Assembly: GCA_003344405.1 (NCBI GenBank)
Contig: NOWV01000157.1
Location: forward strand, 1-64,000
Reading direction: 5' to 3'
Length of the DNA stretch: 64,000 bases
Origin: Trichoplax sp. H2
Taxonomy: Eukaryota
Part shown: piece after piece, positions 39,561 to 53,965 of the stretch
Position numbering within the stretch: position 1 is the first letter of the stretch
Layout of the letters: the number at the start of each line of letters is the position of its first letter
Program-made: the position numbers and the translations under genes
The notes under the pieces: model-generated
Told to the model about the DNA's origin: nothing
What the model saw: only the letters and a program-made list of their open reading frames with translations
The model's database searches: none

Positions 39561-42500
39561 CTGCAGACAACTGCTTTATTTGTTTCCTTTGCTGCCTTAA
39601 TCAGCTTCGAGGCGAAGAAAGAATTAATCTACAAGCTCATTACAGCACTATCTGCTTTCTTATACAGTACCTTCTTAACTTAATTAATTAGCCTCTTCCT
39701 CTCTCCTCCTGCAGGAAGAGCTTGGAAAATGGGCAATCCTGCTTCGAATCTAGCACTGCGCAATACGTTTGCGCAGTCATAACGCACGTTTTCATCCCCT
39801 CTGTTGGGCGCATTCCTCGAGTCGGCATTTCCTTTTGCACTTTTCGAATTTGGATATATGATTAATTGCTTCTATTGCACTAGAATCTCCTCAAAACGCT
39901 CAAGGCATGGCTGCTAAAGAAGGCAAATCTTACGTAAGTATTTCTACTTGTATGGTATTCAATGACAATGAGATTAGATGGTAGTTTAGTCATAGTAATC
40001 CTTGAAAGAAGACAACATGGTGTTTGGGTTATCCCGTCGCCATGTCGGCGCAATAGGCCAACTTAAGAACCGAGAATTGGTCTAGCAGGCCAATTTCTTA
40101 TTTACAAATGGACTTATGCTACAGTAGATGAGAGATAGAAAGGGAATATGAAATCGGATTTAGATATATCTTCTTCACCTTACAATCTCAGACTCCTAGG
40201 ATGTAGGAGAGAGCGCAAGGAAGGAAAACCTTTCTTGCCACTGCAGCTTTTGAACTTCACATACCTGCACCATTTCGTCACCAGTAATGAATTGTTATTT
40301 TCTATCGGATTAACAACAACGCCAAATTGTAGCGGTAGGTCCAGTAGCTGTGTGGGAAACACTATTTCCATGCTTTAATCTGCATACTAAAGTACTTGAA
40401 AAAGTGCTACAGCATTGTAACATGCAACACTATATTAGTCAATATGATGCAATGAATAGAAATGATTACTATAAAAGAACCCATTAGGACTTTAGTGCTA
40501 AAATATCCGAATATCAAAGACCGATCTTAACCAATGGCAGCAAAGACATTGTAGTAATGCAGCTCTATTCTGTTGGCTGCAAAGAATCACTGAGTAATAG
40601 TCGTATGGACACTTGCGATGATGGAAAACCAGTAGAAAGAGGATTGGTAATGCTGCAGTGTTGTAGGTTAGGTTATTTCCCCCTTTAGCTTACCACGTCT
40701 ACGTACGTCAGCGCAAGTAAATTAATAGACTGCAGTACTTTGCATGGCCTGTATCGAGAACAGATTTAGCCGATAGGTCCTTGTTCGAGTTGAGATAATA
40801 GTGTAGCAAGTTTTAAAATTAGCTGGATGCCCGTAAACGTGTGTACTCAAATTGTCTCATAACAGACATTCTTTATTGCTGTAGGTGATCATCATCGATA
40901 ATATCTTATTGAAATACGATTCGTCTACGTTATTTGAAAAGCTATCCCAAGTGGCTTCGATCAAATGGATGTCTTTAGATACTGAAAATAAGAGTGTAAC
41001 TGTTCGTTTTAATGACGACCATGATGGTAAGATAACGGCATCAATTGATGCTTAAATGATAAATAGATCAATTAAAATTTGCAAGAATAATTGTACGCGT
41101 ATACCAGTGATAAACTGTATCATTAGAGGTTTCAGATTAGACAATTTCAGGTTGTAACCGCAACTTATATACTGTACAATTATTGGAAGACAAAATTAGG
41201 AGCCTGAAATATTTCTCGAGATTAATTAGTTACCCTATAAGCAAGTCCCCTTGACACTTAACTAAATGGGACTGATATAGCTCGTAATCTTCATAGATTT
41301 GATCACCTTATGTGGTTATAAAATGCAAGTTCTATAATCGCTAAATATGGTCATCGGTCATATTTATATTCCATGTCTACAGAACGTAGAATTAGTATTT
41401 AAATGACCAAGTTTAATCATCGATTTAACCAAGATACTGCATGTTGAAAGAATATTCCCGTCTAGTTTACTGAATAAGTACTGTAGGCTATTTAGAGATT
41501 GGTCACGAACTAAATTAGCTCGCGATGTGATTATTCGAACTAGATCATTAACTTGTATTCTGCTATTTTTATCATATATCCTGACTCGATTACTCGTACC
41601 ACTTCAACATATTTAGCCGAACTCCTCGGTGAATTAGGAGCAATTACGATTGAAAGTCAGCAGTTCAAATTACGCTTGGATCTTCTGGATTGATACAGTG
41701 TGCCGCATTGTCCACTGCTCTTGATTTTGTTAAGTATTCAACAGTAAGTCGTCAAGATTTCCTCCACAGCAAACCTTTTACGTGTAGGTCGGGATAATAA
41801 GTTTAATTTCATATCATGGTTTATTTATATAGTAGTATGAGATTAGAACACGTATTTTGGAATGCATCAGTCAACTTTTTGAGGAATCATTATGTAATAT
41901 CACACTTATGAAAGTTATAATGCATTGAATGCAGCATTAACTTTGCTATTAATTATCAATCATTCGTCTACATATATATCATGGTAATGTATTTCTGTGT
42001 AAATGTGATATACGATATCCCCGTAGACCCTTACTCGAATCGGTGTAAAATCTCAACTTGGTAAGGCCAATTTTTGGTAATTTATGTTAAGCTAGTAAGA
42101 AAATGTAACGAATTGGTGTAGAATGAAGTAGATGTGCTCTGGATTGCATTTCTTATTTATTGTTATTGTTGATATGCTGTTGTGCGACTAATGTAATTTT
42201 GGTGCCAATTAAAAAAGCGTAGAAATTTTTTCTACCGGTACAGTTAGGATTAATCACTAATAATGCCGTAGCCACCTCATTCCCATTATTTGCAATAATA
42301 AAAAGAGTACTTTATTACCATAACAATTTTTTCTCCTTTCACAATGTTACACAAACCGAGAAAACGTAAAAAAGTGATTAAAAATCGGATTAAATGATAG
42401 CAAATTAATAAGTTACCATAAAAGTCTCACTGGAATAGCTATACTACTGTAACGGTAGATTAGGCTTTACATTAATTATTAAAGTTCAGGAATAAATATC

Positions 42501-42730
42501 TTAAGATCCAATACCATTCTGCATATTTTAATATGGCTATGGTTAAAGGATATGATTAGCATCATTCGTAATCAAATAGCAAACTAGTAATGTGTAGTTT
42601 TTAAGGAGATAAAGTATGAAACAAGCAATGTTTACTGTGTTTAGGCCAAGTTGTAATATCAAATTGTTATAGATTACAATTACTACAGTATATCGTACAT
42701 TAATTTAGTAGATAGGGCAATAAATTAAGG

Positions 42731-45700
42731 CTATCGATGTCTTTTCCTTTCGTGCCCCTCCTGCACACTCGTTCCAGGTCGTAGATCTGTAACAATAAAT
42801 GATACGTGTAATCATCTAACATTGGACAACTATTCTGACTAAAATATTTTGGCTACAGTGTTCTTAACTTAATTATAATTATTGCAGCCTTTTATAACTT
42901 TATCAAGTCCTTAAGAATTATCAAAAAGTTAGGTAACACGTTCTTTTAAATCTCGATGACAGTCTGGAGCGATGGTAAAAAGTCACTTACTTTGATCCAC
43001 AACTGCGTTACTTTTTTTCTTTACTTTGGATTTAGTTCCATCCTCAACTTGCAAATGGTCATTCATAAGTTGTACATCTTGATCACTACCAAAGCTCGAC
43101 CTAAATAAATTACAAAAGAATGGAAAATGTGACTCAAACAATGCAGTAATACGCACATTTTTTGATTTAATCACTGATATAGTTACCTTAAGACGCGTTG
43201 GCTTTCTGGTTCCGCAATCTCACTATCATCCGTAAATAAAATAGTAAAATGAGGAACTGGAGCATCGACAGTAGGTATTATGCCCCGGGCACCCTGCGGG
43301 ATTTGTCCCAGATTTCCATGGAATACCAATAAATCATCGACGGATACCTAGAAACACATGGTACGATCAACCAACAGCATTGATAAATTACGGATTGAGA
43401 TCGAATATAATTATTTACCGCAAATTCTTTGACACCCCTACTAAATGTCTTGCTATAATTCCAGAGTTTAATCATCGATACTGTAACTGGACGATCGAAT
43501 ACAATGTACACAACATTTATCTAGTTTAAAAGGTGTTGAAAAATAATTAATTCGTCGTTGCTTAAAAAATTCTTACTGCATATTTTTTAGTTCGTCACGA
43601 AGGCCAAATATAAAAAGTTCAATTTTTGCAGCACATATCGTAATCGCTGATATACTGAAACTACCCGTTCGAATCAACTTCATGACTTACTGTATCAGGA
43701 ATGACTGGTGCTAACCATAAGTGATGGCCATCGTATGTGTCATTGATTCCATCAATAAGTTTATCAGGTGTTCGAATATCACCTGTGATACCTTCCAACG
43801 AATTAATACTATGAGGATAAGCCGTAATATCTGTTCGTCAATTAAGGAAAAATAGAATTCTTTCTACGATATAAATGATACCCTAATTAACTTAAAACCA
43901 ACAGTAAAATAACATAATTTTTACAAATACATTCACGATTACCAACACAATATTAGTAGCGACACAAGGTTACAAGATACTATTTGGACTCAATGGAATT
44001 TTATCTCCATTGCGGTCATAAAGTTCCAATCCGTTAAGTCCGATATAATAAGGATCTCCCCAAGTGGACAATAATTCAAATTTGAATACGACTATCAAAA
44101 AATAAGTAATGGATGATGTTAACCCACCATTCAAAACATAACGATTAGCATAGTTTAGTAACTATCACATCATTACTTACAACCACACGGCATCATTAGT
44201 GGTTCATAATCTGGGACAAGTTGATTAAGACTTAATTTATTGCGCCTAATAATTTAATTAAGCACTGTTTAATATAGAGTAAAAACCGAAAACTAAGCGT
44301 ATAGATACGAAAAAGGATGAAATCTTACTTCGACTTTCGATGTGCAATCTGATCTTCACTCTTATCAAATATAGGAGAATGTCCTGGTGAAGCATCAAAT
44401 ATAATTGTTTGACCATAATCGTAGTGCATATTTCCAGGTCCTATACAGAAAGTTGAAATAGAATTAGTGGCTTCTCTAGGAAAGCAAAGTTACGTTTATT
44501 CGCACTGTATATGACATATACATGTGCAACAGAAGTACAGCACCGATTAATACACGTAGCAACTTCTTCAGGTTGTAAGGGTATAGATAAATCAATTATT
44601 GCAATTAACATTTAAAATTTTCCAAGAGGAAATAAATCAAGGATCTTGACCTTTTCTTAATAAAAATCCACTCGGTGGTGATACAACTACACCATCCAAG
44701 CTAACATGAACGATCTTCGCCTATTATTTATAATTATTCACAATAGATAAAAGAATCTTAGTAATTGACAACTTCCTAGTATCTAATGTATCTTTCTACA
44801 TATGAAATTCTAACCCCTCTTATGGTATCTTCTAATGATTTATTGTAATTCCAGATTCGAAAACCAATAATATTTACTTTCTGACTAAAAGCTATCGTTA
44901 ATATATGATTCTGACCAGGAGTAAAGGGTATTAACCACATATGCTCATCGCTAACTGTAATTGTTGTTCCATCAACCAACCTAATAAGTTACATCGAATT
45001 TTCAGTGATTTTAAGCGCATTCAGTTCCATATTTCATCTCGTCAACGGTAACATCAATATCCTTAACTTACTTGTCAATAGTCCTACAATCATCATTATA
45101 TTCTGGAAGATCATTTAAATCTCTAGGATTAGCACTTAACATGTCGACGTTAAGTTCTAGTGAGTTTCCATCAGCTCCTAGGATCTTTAGCCCAGTTAGG
45201 CCCAAGTAATGCGGATCGGACCAGGTATCAACAAAATTAAACTGCAGTACTATTAAGTAAGAGAAGACAGTTAAAACAGTTTGATATTATCAAAGAAATG
45301 TCAATTCCTATTACCTCCACAAACATTTTCAGTACTTTCCATCCTTGGAGAATTTCCTAATAAGTAACAAATTTATCTATTACGGCCAAATTAACGACAA
45401 TTCAATTCTATAAGATAAATAGCAATTAATCCAACTGTACTAACCTACTGTTGCTGTGTCAATTCCTACCGTAAGTGGCTGTTATAAGTGTAAGTAAATT
45501 GTTAGATTAACACATATCTACAAAGGACAAAATCTCATCCATCAGGAAGATACTTTTACTTTCTGCTTACTTCATCTACACTTTCCATCCCCAAGTCGGC
45601 GGTTGGTGGTCTAGCATCTATTTGCGATACAATTTCTTCATCTTCAGAATCTGTTGCGATTCTAGGTGATAACCCATCAAAACTGTGGTCAAATTGGGAG

Positions 45701-48700
45701 ATATTTTCCAATACGTCTTCATCGGTAGTAAAAAGAATGGTCTAAACCGATAGCAACAATAAAGAAATATTAGATATATTCCACCAACTACTCAATTAAT
45801 TTTACTTAATTATTTTAAATAAAGGAATTCAAAAACGATTTCTAGGCTGACTAATATGATCAATTAGCAAACATCTATTTATTTCAGACAATCCACCAAT
45901 AGATACATACATCACCAAAAGAAGCCGTTCCCCCTAACGCTCCACCGATAGCTCTATTTAAGAATTTATTAAAAGTTTCATTAATGTATTTCCAAGCAAA
46001 CTTTTTCTTCTAACAATTCACCATACCTGGCAATTTCACCATCAAAAATTTTATAACCGTCTAAGAATATTTCAACTCGACGTGCTCCACGATTAGAGTG
46101 AATACGAGACTTATTGTAGTTCTGCATTATGTAGGTTAAATGATGTTTTTATCAGTAAAATTTATTCACATTTAATACTGCCAAAGTTCAAGTCTACGTT
46201 TCAGTAAAGTCTATCCTAAACAACTAAATCTATATTATTTAACCTAATATAGCTTATTAAACATGAATAGAAACAACGTCATATCTAACCCATAATCGAA
46301 TTATGGCAACCGTTTCACGCTTATCAAAGAGAATTGTAATAAAATGATTCTTTCCAGGAGTAAAAGGCGCTAGCCATTGATGCATGTCATCCCTACAGTA
46401 ATAATTAATTAAATAAATAAGAGTTTAGATGAGTAAAATTGTGTTTGAAAGTCATAACTATGCCTCAGGATTGAGCTATTTACTATTGTAATATATCTAT
46501 TATGCATATTTTTTAAAATGCCAATTAATTGGCGTATTCACCTAGTTTTATATACTCCATCGATTAAATTACTGACAACTCTTGGATCTTTGTTATAACC
46601 AGGTAATATGTTGATATCTGCTGGATCGGCTGATATCTATCAACATTTTCAGTTCGCTTCAGTTACGACGATATCTTTCGTATAATTACTGTATTACATT
46701 TACATTTATAACGACTGCTTACATCCAAAATTGAAGGTGGTTGACCATTTCTCGCAAAAATCTCAATACCGTTCAATCCGACATAGTGCTTATCGCCCCA
46801 AGTTGATAAGATATTAATAATCAGCTGTTGTCCAGATGGTAAAGTAGGTATCTCAAAATTAGATACTGCAGGAGCAGCCCTACATTGCATAGATCAAAAA
46901 TGTTGATTACTAGAATGGGAGTGAGATCTCAATGTGAATAGCTTTCACTTGGTCTACATACTCTAGAACTTCTCTGCCATCATCGCCTTCAGTATTAATG
47001 TCTACAAAAATTTTTAGAGAAAAAATAGTAAATAATATTTTTCAATCAAGACAATATGCTCAATAAATTGGACCACTATGAAACAAGACAAACAGTTTAA
47101 GTCAATATTTGCCTTACCTTCAGATTCCATAGTATTTGCTAAGCGTCCTTTCTGAGTTCTTTTAAAATAAGTCAGTGAACTCCAAGATTCTTCCAATGAT
47201 GACTCTTGCTCTCTGTAAAAATATTAGGAACACAAAGGTTATGGTCAGCTTACCACGCAATATTTATTGGTGGTCCAACAGTTACGCTTACTTCCATTGT
47301 TCCCTAGCCGATTGTAAACTAGGTTCAACACCAGCACTGGATAAGTCAAGATGACCACCAGAAGATGCGTGAGCTGATACTGATTCTCCTTTTGCATAAG
47401 CGTCATACATTGACCCTATTTACAACAGTGCAAAGAAAGCAAGAAATCTAAATATCAGATTGTTACGGAGCTTGATGCTCCTTGCATATAACTAGTAGTA
47501 ATTTACGATAGTAGAATAACTGTAATGATATACTGTCGTGTGATTAAAAATATTATTAGAGATTGTCGTGTTGTAGACAACAATCTTCAATTGTTAATTG
47601 AATATTATTATTGTTTATGACTTTGAATTGAGTCATAATATGCTTATTGCGATTAATTAATTAACTAATGATGCCGAAGTAGGCAATAGAACTAATGGTG
47701 AGATAGCACCACAAATGTGTGATAAATAAGTGAACTTGCTAATTAATAATATTAATTAGTGGCAAGTATTAAGTAACACTCGGTCTAGTCGGATCTATAG
47801 TAAGCCTGTATTGCACATTATATAAGTTAATGTGAAAGACTAGCACCGGGGTTATTTGTGTGATTATTAATTTTTCATCTCAGTTCCACTGAGGCTAACG
47901 TAGAGTACACTGGTACAAACGTAAACGGGCTAGTAATAAATATATTTATTAACCTAAACCTATCGTTTGACTCGATTACTATCGTATAGGAATAAGTTAG
48001 TTTTCCCTTACTGAGGATCTCCGGAGTTAGTCGGAGAACCATAAGAGTAGATAGACTAGTTTAGGTACAATCACGAAAGTTGTTTTATGACACAGATAAG
48101 CTGATTTAAACTTATCCTAGTAAATGTAAGAGTTTACCCGCTGATGGAGCTGAACCTCTACGCGAAGTACCTCCAACGCCTTGAGAGACAGCGAATTCCT
48201 ATAAATATGAATTGATAATTGACTACAATACACTGGTAGCTTGACCATTAATGAGTAAACCTACTTCTAGCTGAGTAAAAACATCACAGGAGCCACTTTT
48301 AGTTACGGATAACGGTGCGCTTTTCATCGAAAGCTACAAAGTAAACGAAGTTCCATAAATCGCAGCTTAAAATAATTACATTATTTCTCCATCAAACATT
48401 TTAAATTACATTACCTTGGTCATTTTTTGCATATTATCTTCCAACGAGCTGTCCCTAAAAAACGTATAAAATCAACAAATACAATGTAAATAAAATATAT
48501 GAAATACACCGAATCATCAATAATGGACTTCATAGGTATAGCAAAGCAAATGAGAACTAAAAAAATCAACAGAATTGCAAGCATTATCAATATAAAAAAA
48601 TTCGTTATGTTCTAAAATCATCAGTAATTTCAGTACCCGTCGTCAGAGTCCTTCTCAGCAACAGCATACAAATCGGTTAAATTTCCCCATTTTCTATTGT

Positions 48701-51700
48701 TAGTACTCTTATCATCAACTGTAATGTTAACTGTAACAAAACATTTTATTACCTAATATCAACTATAAACTTCCTTTTAAACTTAACGTTCATTTCCTAC
48801 ACGCCTGTAAGTCATATCACTACCTAAACTTGGGTTCTGAAATGAATCTATTTCATTCATTGAGGACCTGTGCCAAGTATAGAAAAATTTTAAGTCAGAC
48901 TGTTATCTAGATGACACATGATTACGCAGAATAACATTCATTATGCAATCAGGACTTACTCTTCTTGAAATGAATTGCGACTACTCCTTAAATTATCATA
49001 CCATAAGGACGTATGTTTTGACACCTCATTGCTAAAAATGTAAAGGTTTCCAAGCATTACGTTATAGCAATAATGTAATATTAAGTGATATCATGATTGA
49101 TTGAGTGTTAGCTTGCACTAGTTTACCTCCCAAGGACAACAGTAGGCTCAGTTGAGGACATATCTTCACTTAATTCATGTTTACTTGTCTGTTCCGGGCT
49201 AGCAGCCTTGACCGTGTAGCTGTATAATATACATATTACAATAAAATCAGTAGCTAAACTCAGAATTACTGTTTGATCTTACAACATCGCACTAAGTAAT
49301 ACATCATTACATTACTGAATTTGCAGTCCCAAACGTCGTAAGAAAATTAATAGATCGAAGAACTTTTTAGAACATTTTACTCGTATATCTACATTATGGT
49401 ACATACAAGGTTGTACTACAGTGTACTGTATACTCTGCAAACGTGTATAAGAATTGTCTACGGCAATTCGGCTTATAAAATGGCTATTCATCTAACTACT
49501 TTATATCTAGTTCTGGCGCGAGAATCAGTCAAAAGTCAGACATGGTACCTCTTGTTTAATACTATTTCGCTTGATTTTCCTCCTGTTAAGCTGTCCGTCT
49601 CACCAGTTTTCTTCGAGATTAATTTCCTCACATCTTTTAGTGAAAGAACGTCACCCGAGCTAGAGAAAACAATATTCAGTTCCAGTTAGGATCAGCGCAA
49701 ACTCGAAAAAGTCCATCAAGCCATATCTAGTAAACATACTTATCGCCTGGTATGTAATCTAAATCATTAAGATCGCATGGAAACGTACAAGAAGCTATTT
49801 CATAATCTTATTTCTAAGCTTGCAGATATTTACATTTGACTTTTTCGTTGATTGTCTTCGTTAACTAGAAATTCATCATTTTCTACCATAATTTTAAGGT
49901 TTGGCATAGCTACGTTAGTGACTAAATTTATAGTTTGACCGTATTCGAACACTTGATTGCCGCATCCCTAAATAATTTAAATTAACAACAAGCGAGAATT
50001 AAATATTATAACCGAAGTCATATATCTTGTTTCAAGTAAGCTCACACTTTGAATATACCCTACACTTCAATATAAATATTATGAAATAAGTAAACTTATA
50101 TAAAATACCATACGCACTTTTTCTAATACTCCTTCCCAGGTTAATATATCATCAACAAATATTCTAGCATCTTTAACTCCAATATTTAAATCCTGAAAAA
50201 AACACTTGCCATTACTACTGATATGTAACTCTTTCTGTACGAAAGTAACCCCTACCTTCAAACTTTTATTGTAATTCCATACCATTACTTTAGATAAAAT
50301 AAAATTTTCCGCTTTAGAACTTGACATCACTGAAAAATGGAGCACTAAAGTATCGCTTTTTTTATATGGAATGGACCACATATATTTAGTTTTAATTGTC
50401 TATATAAATATAAAAAAGCTACTATTAGAGAATCTATATTAACGCGTGTTTTATTTCTAATTAGTTATGCTATCTGAAACTGAAGATCTTGTAACGTGAA
50501 CCTTAGTTTTTCCATTCGTAATATTCGGTAATGAAGCTGATGTTAATTCTTCGCCTTGCAATATCACACCGACATTATTAATAATCAATTTATTTGAATA
50601 ATCGTCATAGAATTGTACCTGTACAAAGTACACAAACAGAGGATAAGTTGATCCGTAAAAATTAAATTAATCCGCAAATTTGCATTAATAATAATTAATC
50701 TTACTTCGGTCATCCCTAATTTATCCGGATGTCCCCAATTTGACAAAATCTCAAGTGTTACTACTTTAAAACTTGCATTCTCTACCAATTCCTCATCATT
50801 ATTAGTGTAATCATTCTACGTATACACATAAATATGTAATCAAAACCATGGTTACAACAACGCAAAAATTAATATTTAAGATGCCTGTTTAATTCTCTCA
50901 TCAACTTACTTGAGAAGCCGAAGTTGATGCATATACTGAGAGCAACGATGGATTATCACCAAGTTTGGATAGCATCCGTAACAATCGTCGTTGCTGACTG
51001 TTTTAAGAGATCATTGTCATGAGTAAAAATTTTAGTTCATCTATGCTCTTATTTTTGCATCTAATTTACAAGCAAATTAATACACTCTACTAAATAAATT
51101 ATTTAGTCTAGGCTGACCTTGAATGTAACTGTTTCACTTTATCGACGACCTGGTGAAGAGTATTAGAGGTTAGGCCCTCTGATGTAGCTTGAATTGACAC
51201 CTTTTGATTAAAATATAATATAATTTGTTAATAAACTTTAAATTCACAGTCGCAATCCTTGTTAGGTAATACCGTAAATATCAGTCAAGATTTAATCCAG
51301 AATTATAGTAAGAGTACCTCCGATGTGCTTTTCTCTACATTTGTATTTCCGTCTTGTTGATCATCTAGAGTAATTATAAACAACAACTATTTAGCGACCG
51401 CCTAACCCTATAGGATTTTGTCCTCCTAATAGTCAAGTAAAGATTTATAATAGTAAGACAAATCATATATCATAAAATATACCTTCTCTTTTTATGTCAT
51501 CTCCAATATTTGATTGATACTCTTCCTTTTTCGCACTGAATAAACAGCTTATCACTAAGTATTTTTTAAGACACACGATTTTCAAGGTATATAATATCGT
51601 CACTACCTTGTCGTAGACGCATCGTCATCATCTTTAGTTTGATAAGTTGATTCAGTTTTCTTTCTATGATTGCAAACAAAGATCTTACGTAAGTGTAACC

Positions 51701-53965
51701 ATGGTATAACATTATTATAATAACTCTATAGTACAGTATAAATCTTAAAGTTCTAAAAATATGAGATTACCTTGCAACGCTTAATTGTTTACTTCCTATA
51801 GCACAAATCAAAAGAATATTGATAGAAACATGGCATTAAACTAATGCTATATAGCATAGCAAAATTAATGGTTATCTCTTACTTCTAACGGAACTGCTAA
51901 AGTCTAATAAGAACGTCCTATCTTGAATCTGGACCGGAGGCTCTTCAGAAGATTTGACTACCGGAGTATCATCTACTGATTCCTCAATTGTTTCCTCAAT
52001 ATCCTCATCAGTTTCAATTTCATGATCATCATCAGCATCATCTCCAGCTATCTCTTCCTAAGATTTTAAGATTAAGATGAAGCAATCTCCAATTTAAATC
52101 AATCTCTAAATACTTTTTAAGCAGGAATTAATAATACCTCAATTTCTTCATGTAAACTTGCTCTAATATTTGCATCAGCTTCTAAACTTCGTCTTAATGT
52201 CTAGTAAACAAACAATTATACACTATGAACACTCTTACTAGATTTAAATTTTACCGAAATACAATTCGTATCGTTCATTTATCCCAACAGTTACCTTTAG
52301 ATCATCATAACTAAGTCTAAGTTGATTAATACCAAGATCTTCAGTAATTTCGTCTTCAACATCATCGTCATTGTCACTTGGCATTTCTTCATCTACTTGA
52401 TCGGCTTTACTTTGGGACGAAGACGACTGATTAGCATCATTCGCTGTTGCAGAAGTTGTAGAAGCTGGATTTGGAATTTGTCCTTCGGGGAATTAACAAT
52501 AATTGCAGTTAATTAAAGTCTTACAAGCCCTTATGCAGATGCAATTATCGCTGTATGTTGTAGAGAGATTATAGAAATACATCCGTAAGTCCAAAATTGA
52601 AAACTAACGGTTGGCCGGGGCGTGCAAGGGTTCGCCAGTTTCTGCTTTTATTTCAATTGATTGCTAAGACACAAAACAATAGTAATTATATAGTGACACA
52701 CTACTCTAGAAACAGATATTAGCTAATAAATACCTGACTCCATCCTTTTCTTATATGTTTGGCCGGAGCAGATTTGACCCTAAATCACATTAGATTACGA
52801 GAGCAAATATTACGTATTAACTATAATTCGATGTGAATCAGGCCGATTTCAAATTTCGCTTTGGCTTAGTTTACCGTTCGGGATTTATTTGGTCCATATC
52901 TCCAAAATTGATTGGAACCCAGTCAGTATCCTCTGTAAAATTTATTTAATATATCATTATGTATATTGAAGCATAGCCCATTGTACTCCAGATTGAGATC
53001 AAAACACGCACTAACTAACGCCAAAATTTATTACGAATTCTTTAAAATGTGGAGCACAATTAAATGCTCTCATTAGCATATAGCAAGCTTACTCAAGATA
53101 TCCTGCGGAGCAGTTCTAGCACGACTAGATACTCTAGAAAGATTTTGTCTAGGTGGCGGAGCTTGAGGTTTGAATTTGCTGACTAGGTTAGCTCCATTGA
53201 TATAAAGTACAAATCCTTGTTCTCTTTTCTCTTTTTCTAACTGCTTATCATCTTTTTTCTTCATTTTTTTCATAAGTCTAACGTAAGATAACGTATACAC
53301 AGCTATAAGATATCGAAGGTGGAATGAAAATTATACGGCAAGTTAGATATGGCACCTGTTCTTATGCTGTAAAGAAGTGAGGTATTGTTCATAGGCAGGT
53401 GAAACATCTTTTGAAGTTCGATCCTAAATTAAATATCAGGTAATACACTTATGTCAGCCACATCGCTATGTGATCTTTCCTGTGACCGTACTGTAGTGTT
53501 CTCAGCTAGTTATAGTCGTTAAAGGTTTTCAAAGTGCGACAGTAATAGGAAATAAAGCACTATTTGACGTAGAAATAGTCGGTTGTTCTTCAATAAAGTA
53601 ATTATAGATATCGCTGGCAAGATGGCATAATACTATTAAGTTGGTGAATTGCGAAGTGTAGGAGTTAAAAGCCATTCATTACACATAGAAAGCCGCAATT
53701 ATACAAAAAATGTTTCACATGTATGAACAGAACTCACGATCTATGACTACAGTTAGCTTACTACTGCTCGAAAATAAACAATATAAAAGTAACCGTACGC
53801 GAGCAAAAACGGATTTAGTTATTAATTATTAATATAAAATATTTATGATCATGGTATAACTGTCAAAAGTTAATTACATGCTGAGCTACAAAATAATCTG
53901 GCAAGCAACTATTATATCCTCACTGTTTTACATTCTAACTGTAAGTTTTTTGCTCTGTCACCCAT
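42731..53965 (-). CDS. KATNIP: Katanin-interacting protein (KIAA0556 ortholog), many small exons
   Basis: Repeated DUF4457-type motifs (LSNWGHPDKLGMTE, LSTWGDKHYVGLNGIE, HMWLIPFTPG, IWNYNKS). N-terminal YEQYLTSLQHKNR...EKREQGFVLYING. Last exon LRPGTSVQEGHERKRHR* (stop at 42731). Candidate first exon 53924..53965 is phase-compatible with 53356..53423. Confidence 0.9.
47461..48092 (+). mobile_element. Solo LTR, 632 bp, 5-bp TSD CAGAT, antisense in a KATNIP intron
   Basis: TGTTAC...ATGACA termini. CAGAT at 47456..47460 and 48093..48097. Homologous to 25867..26454. Confidence 0.9.
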
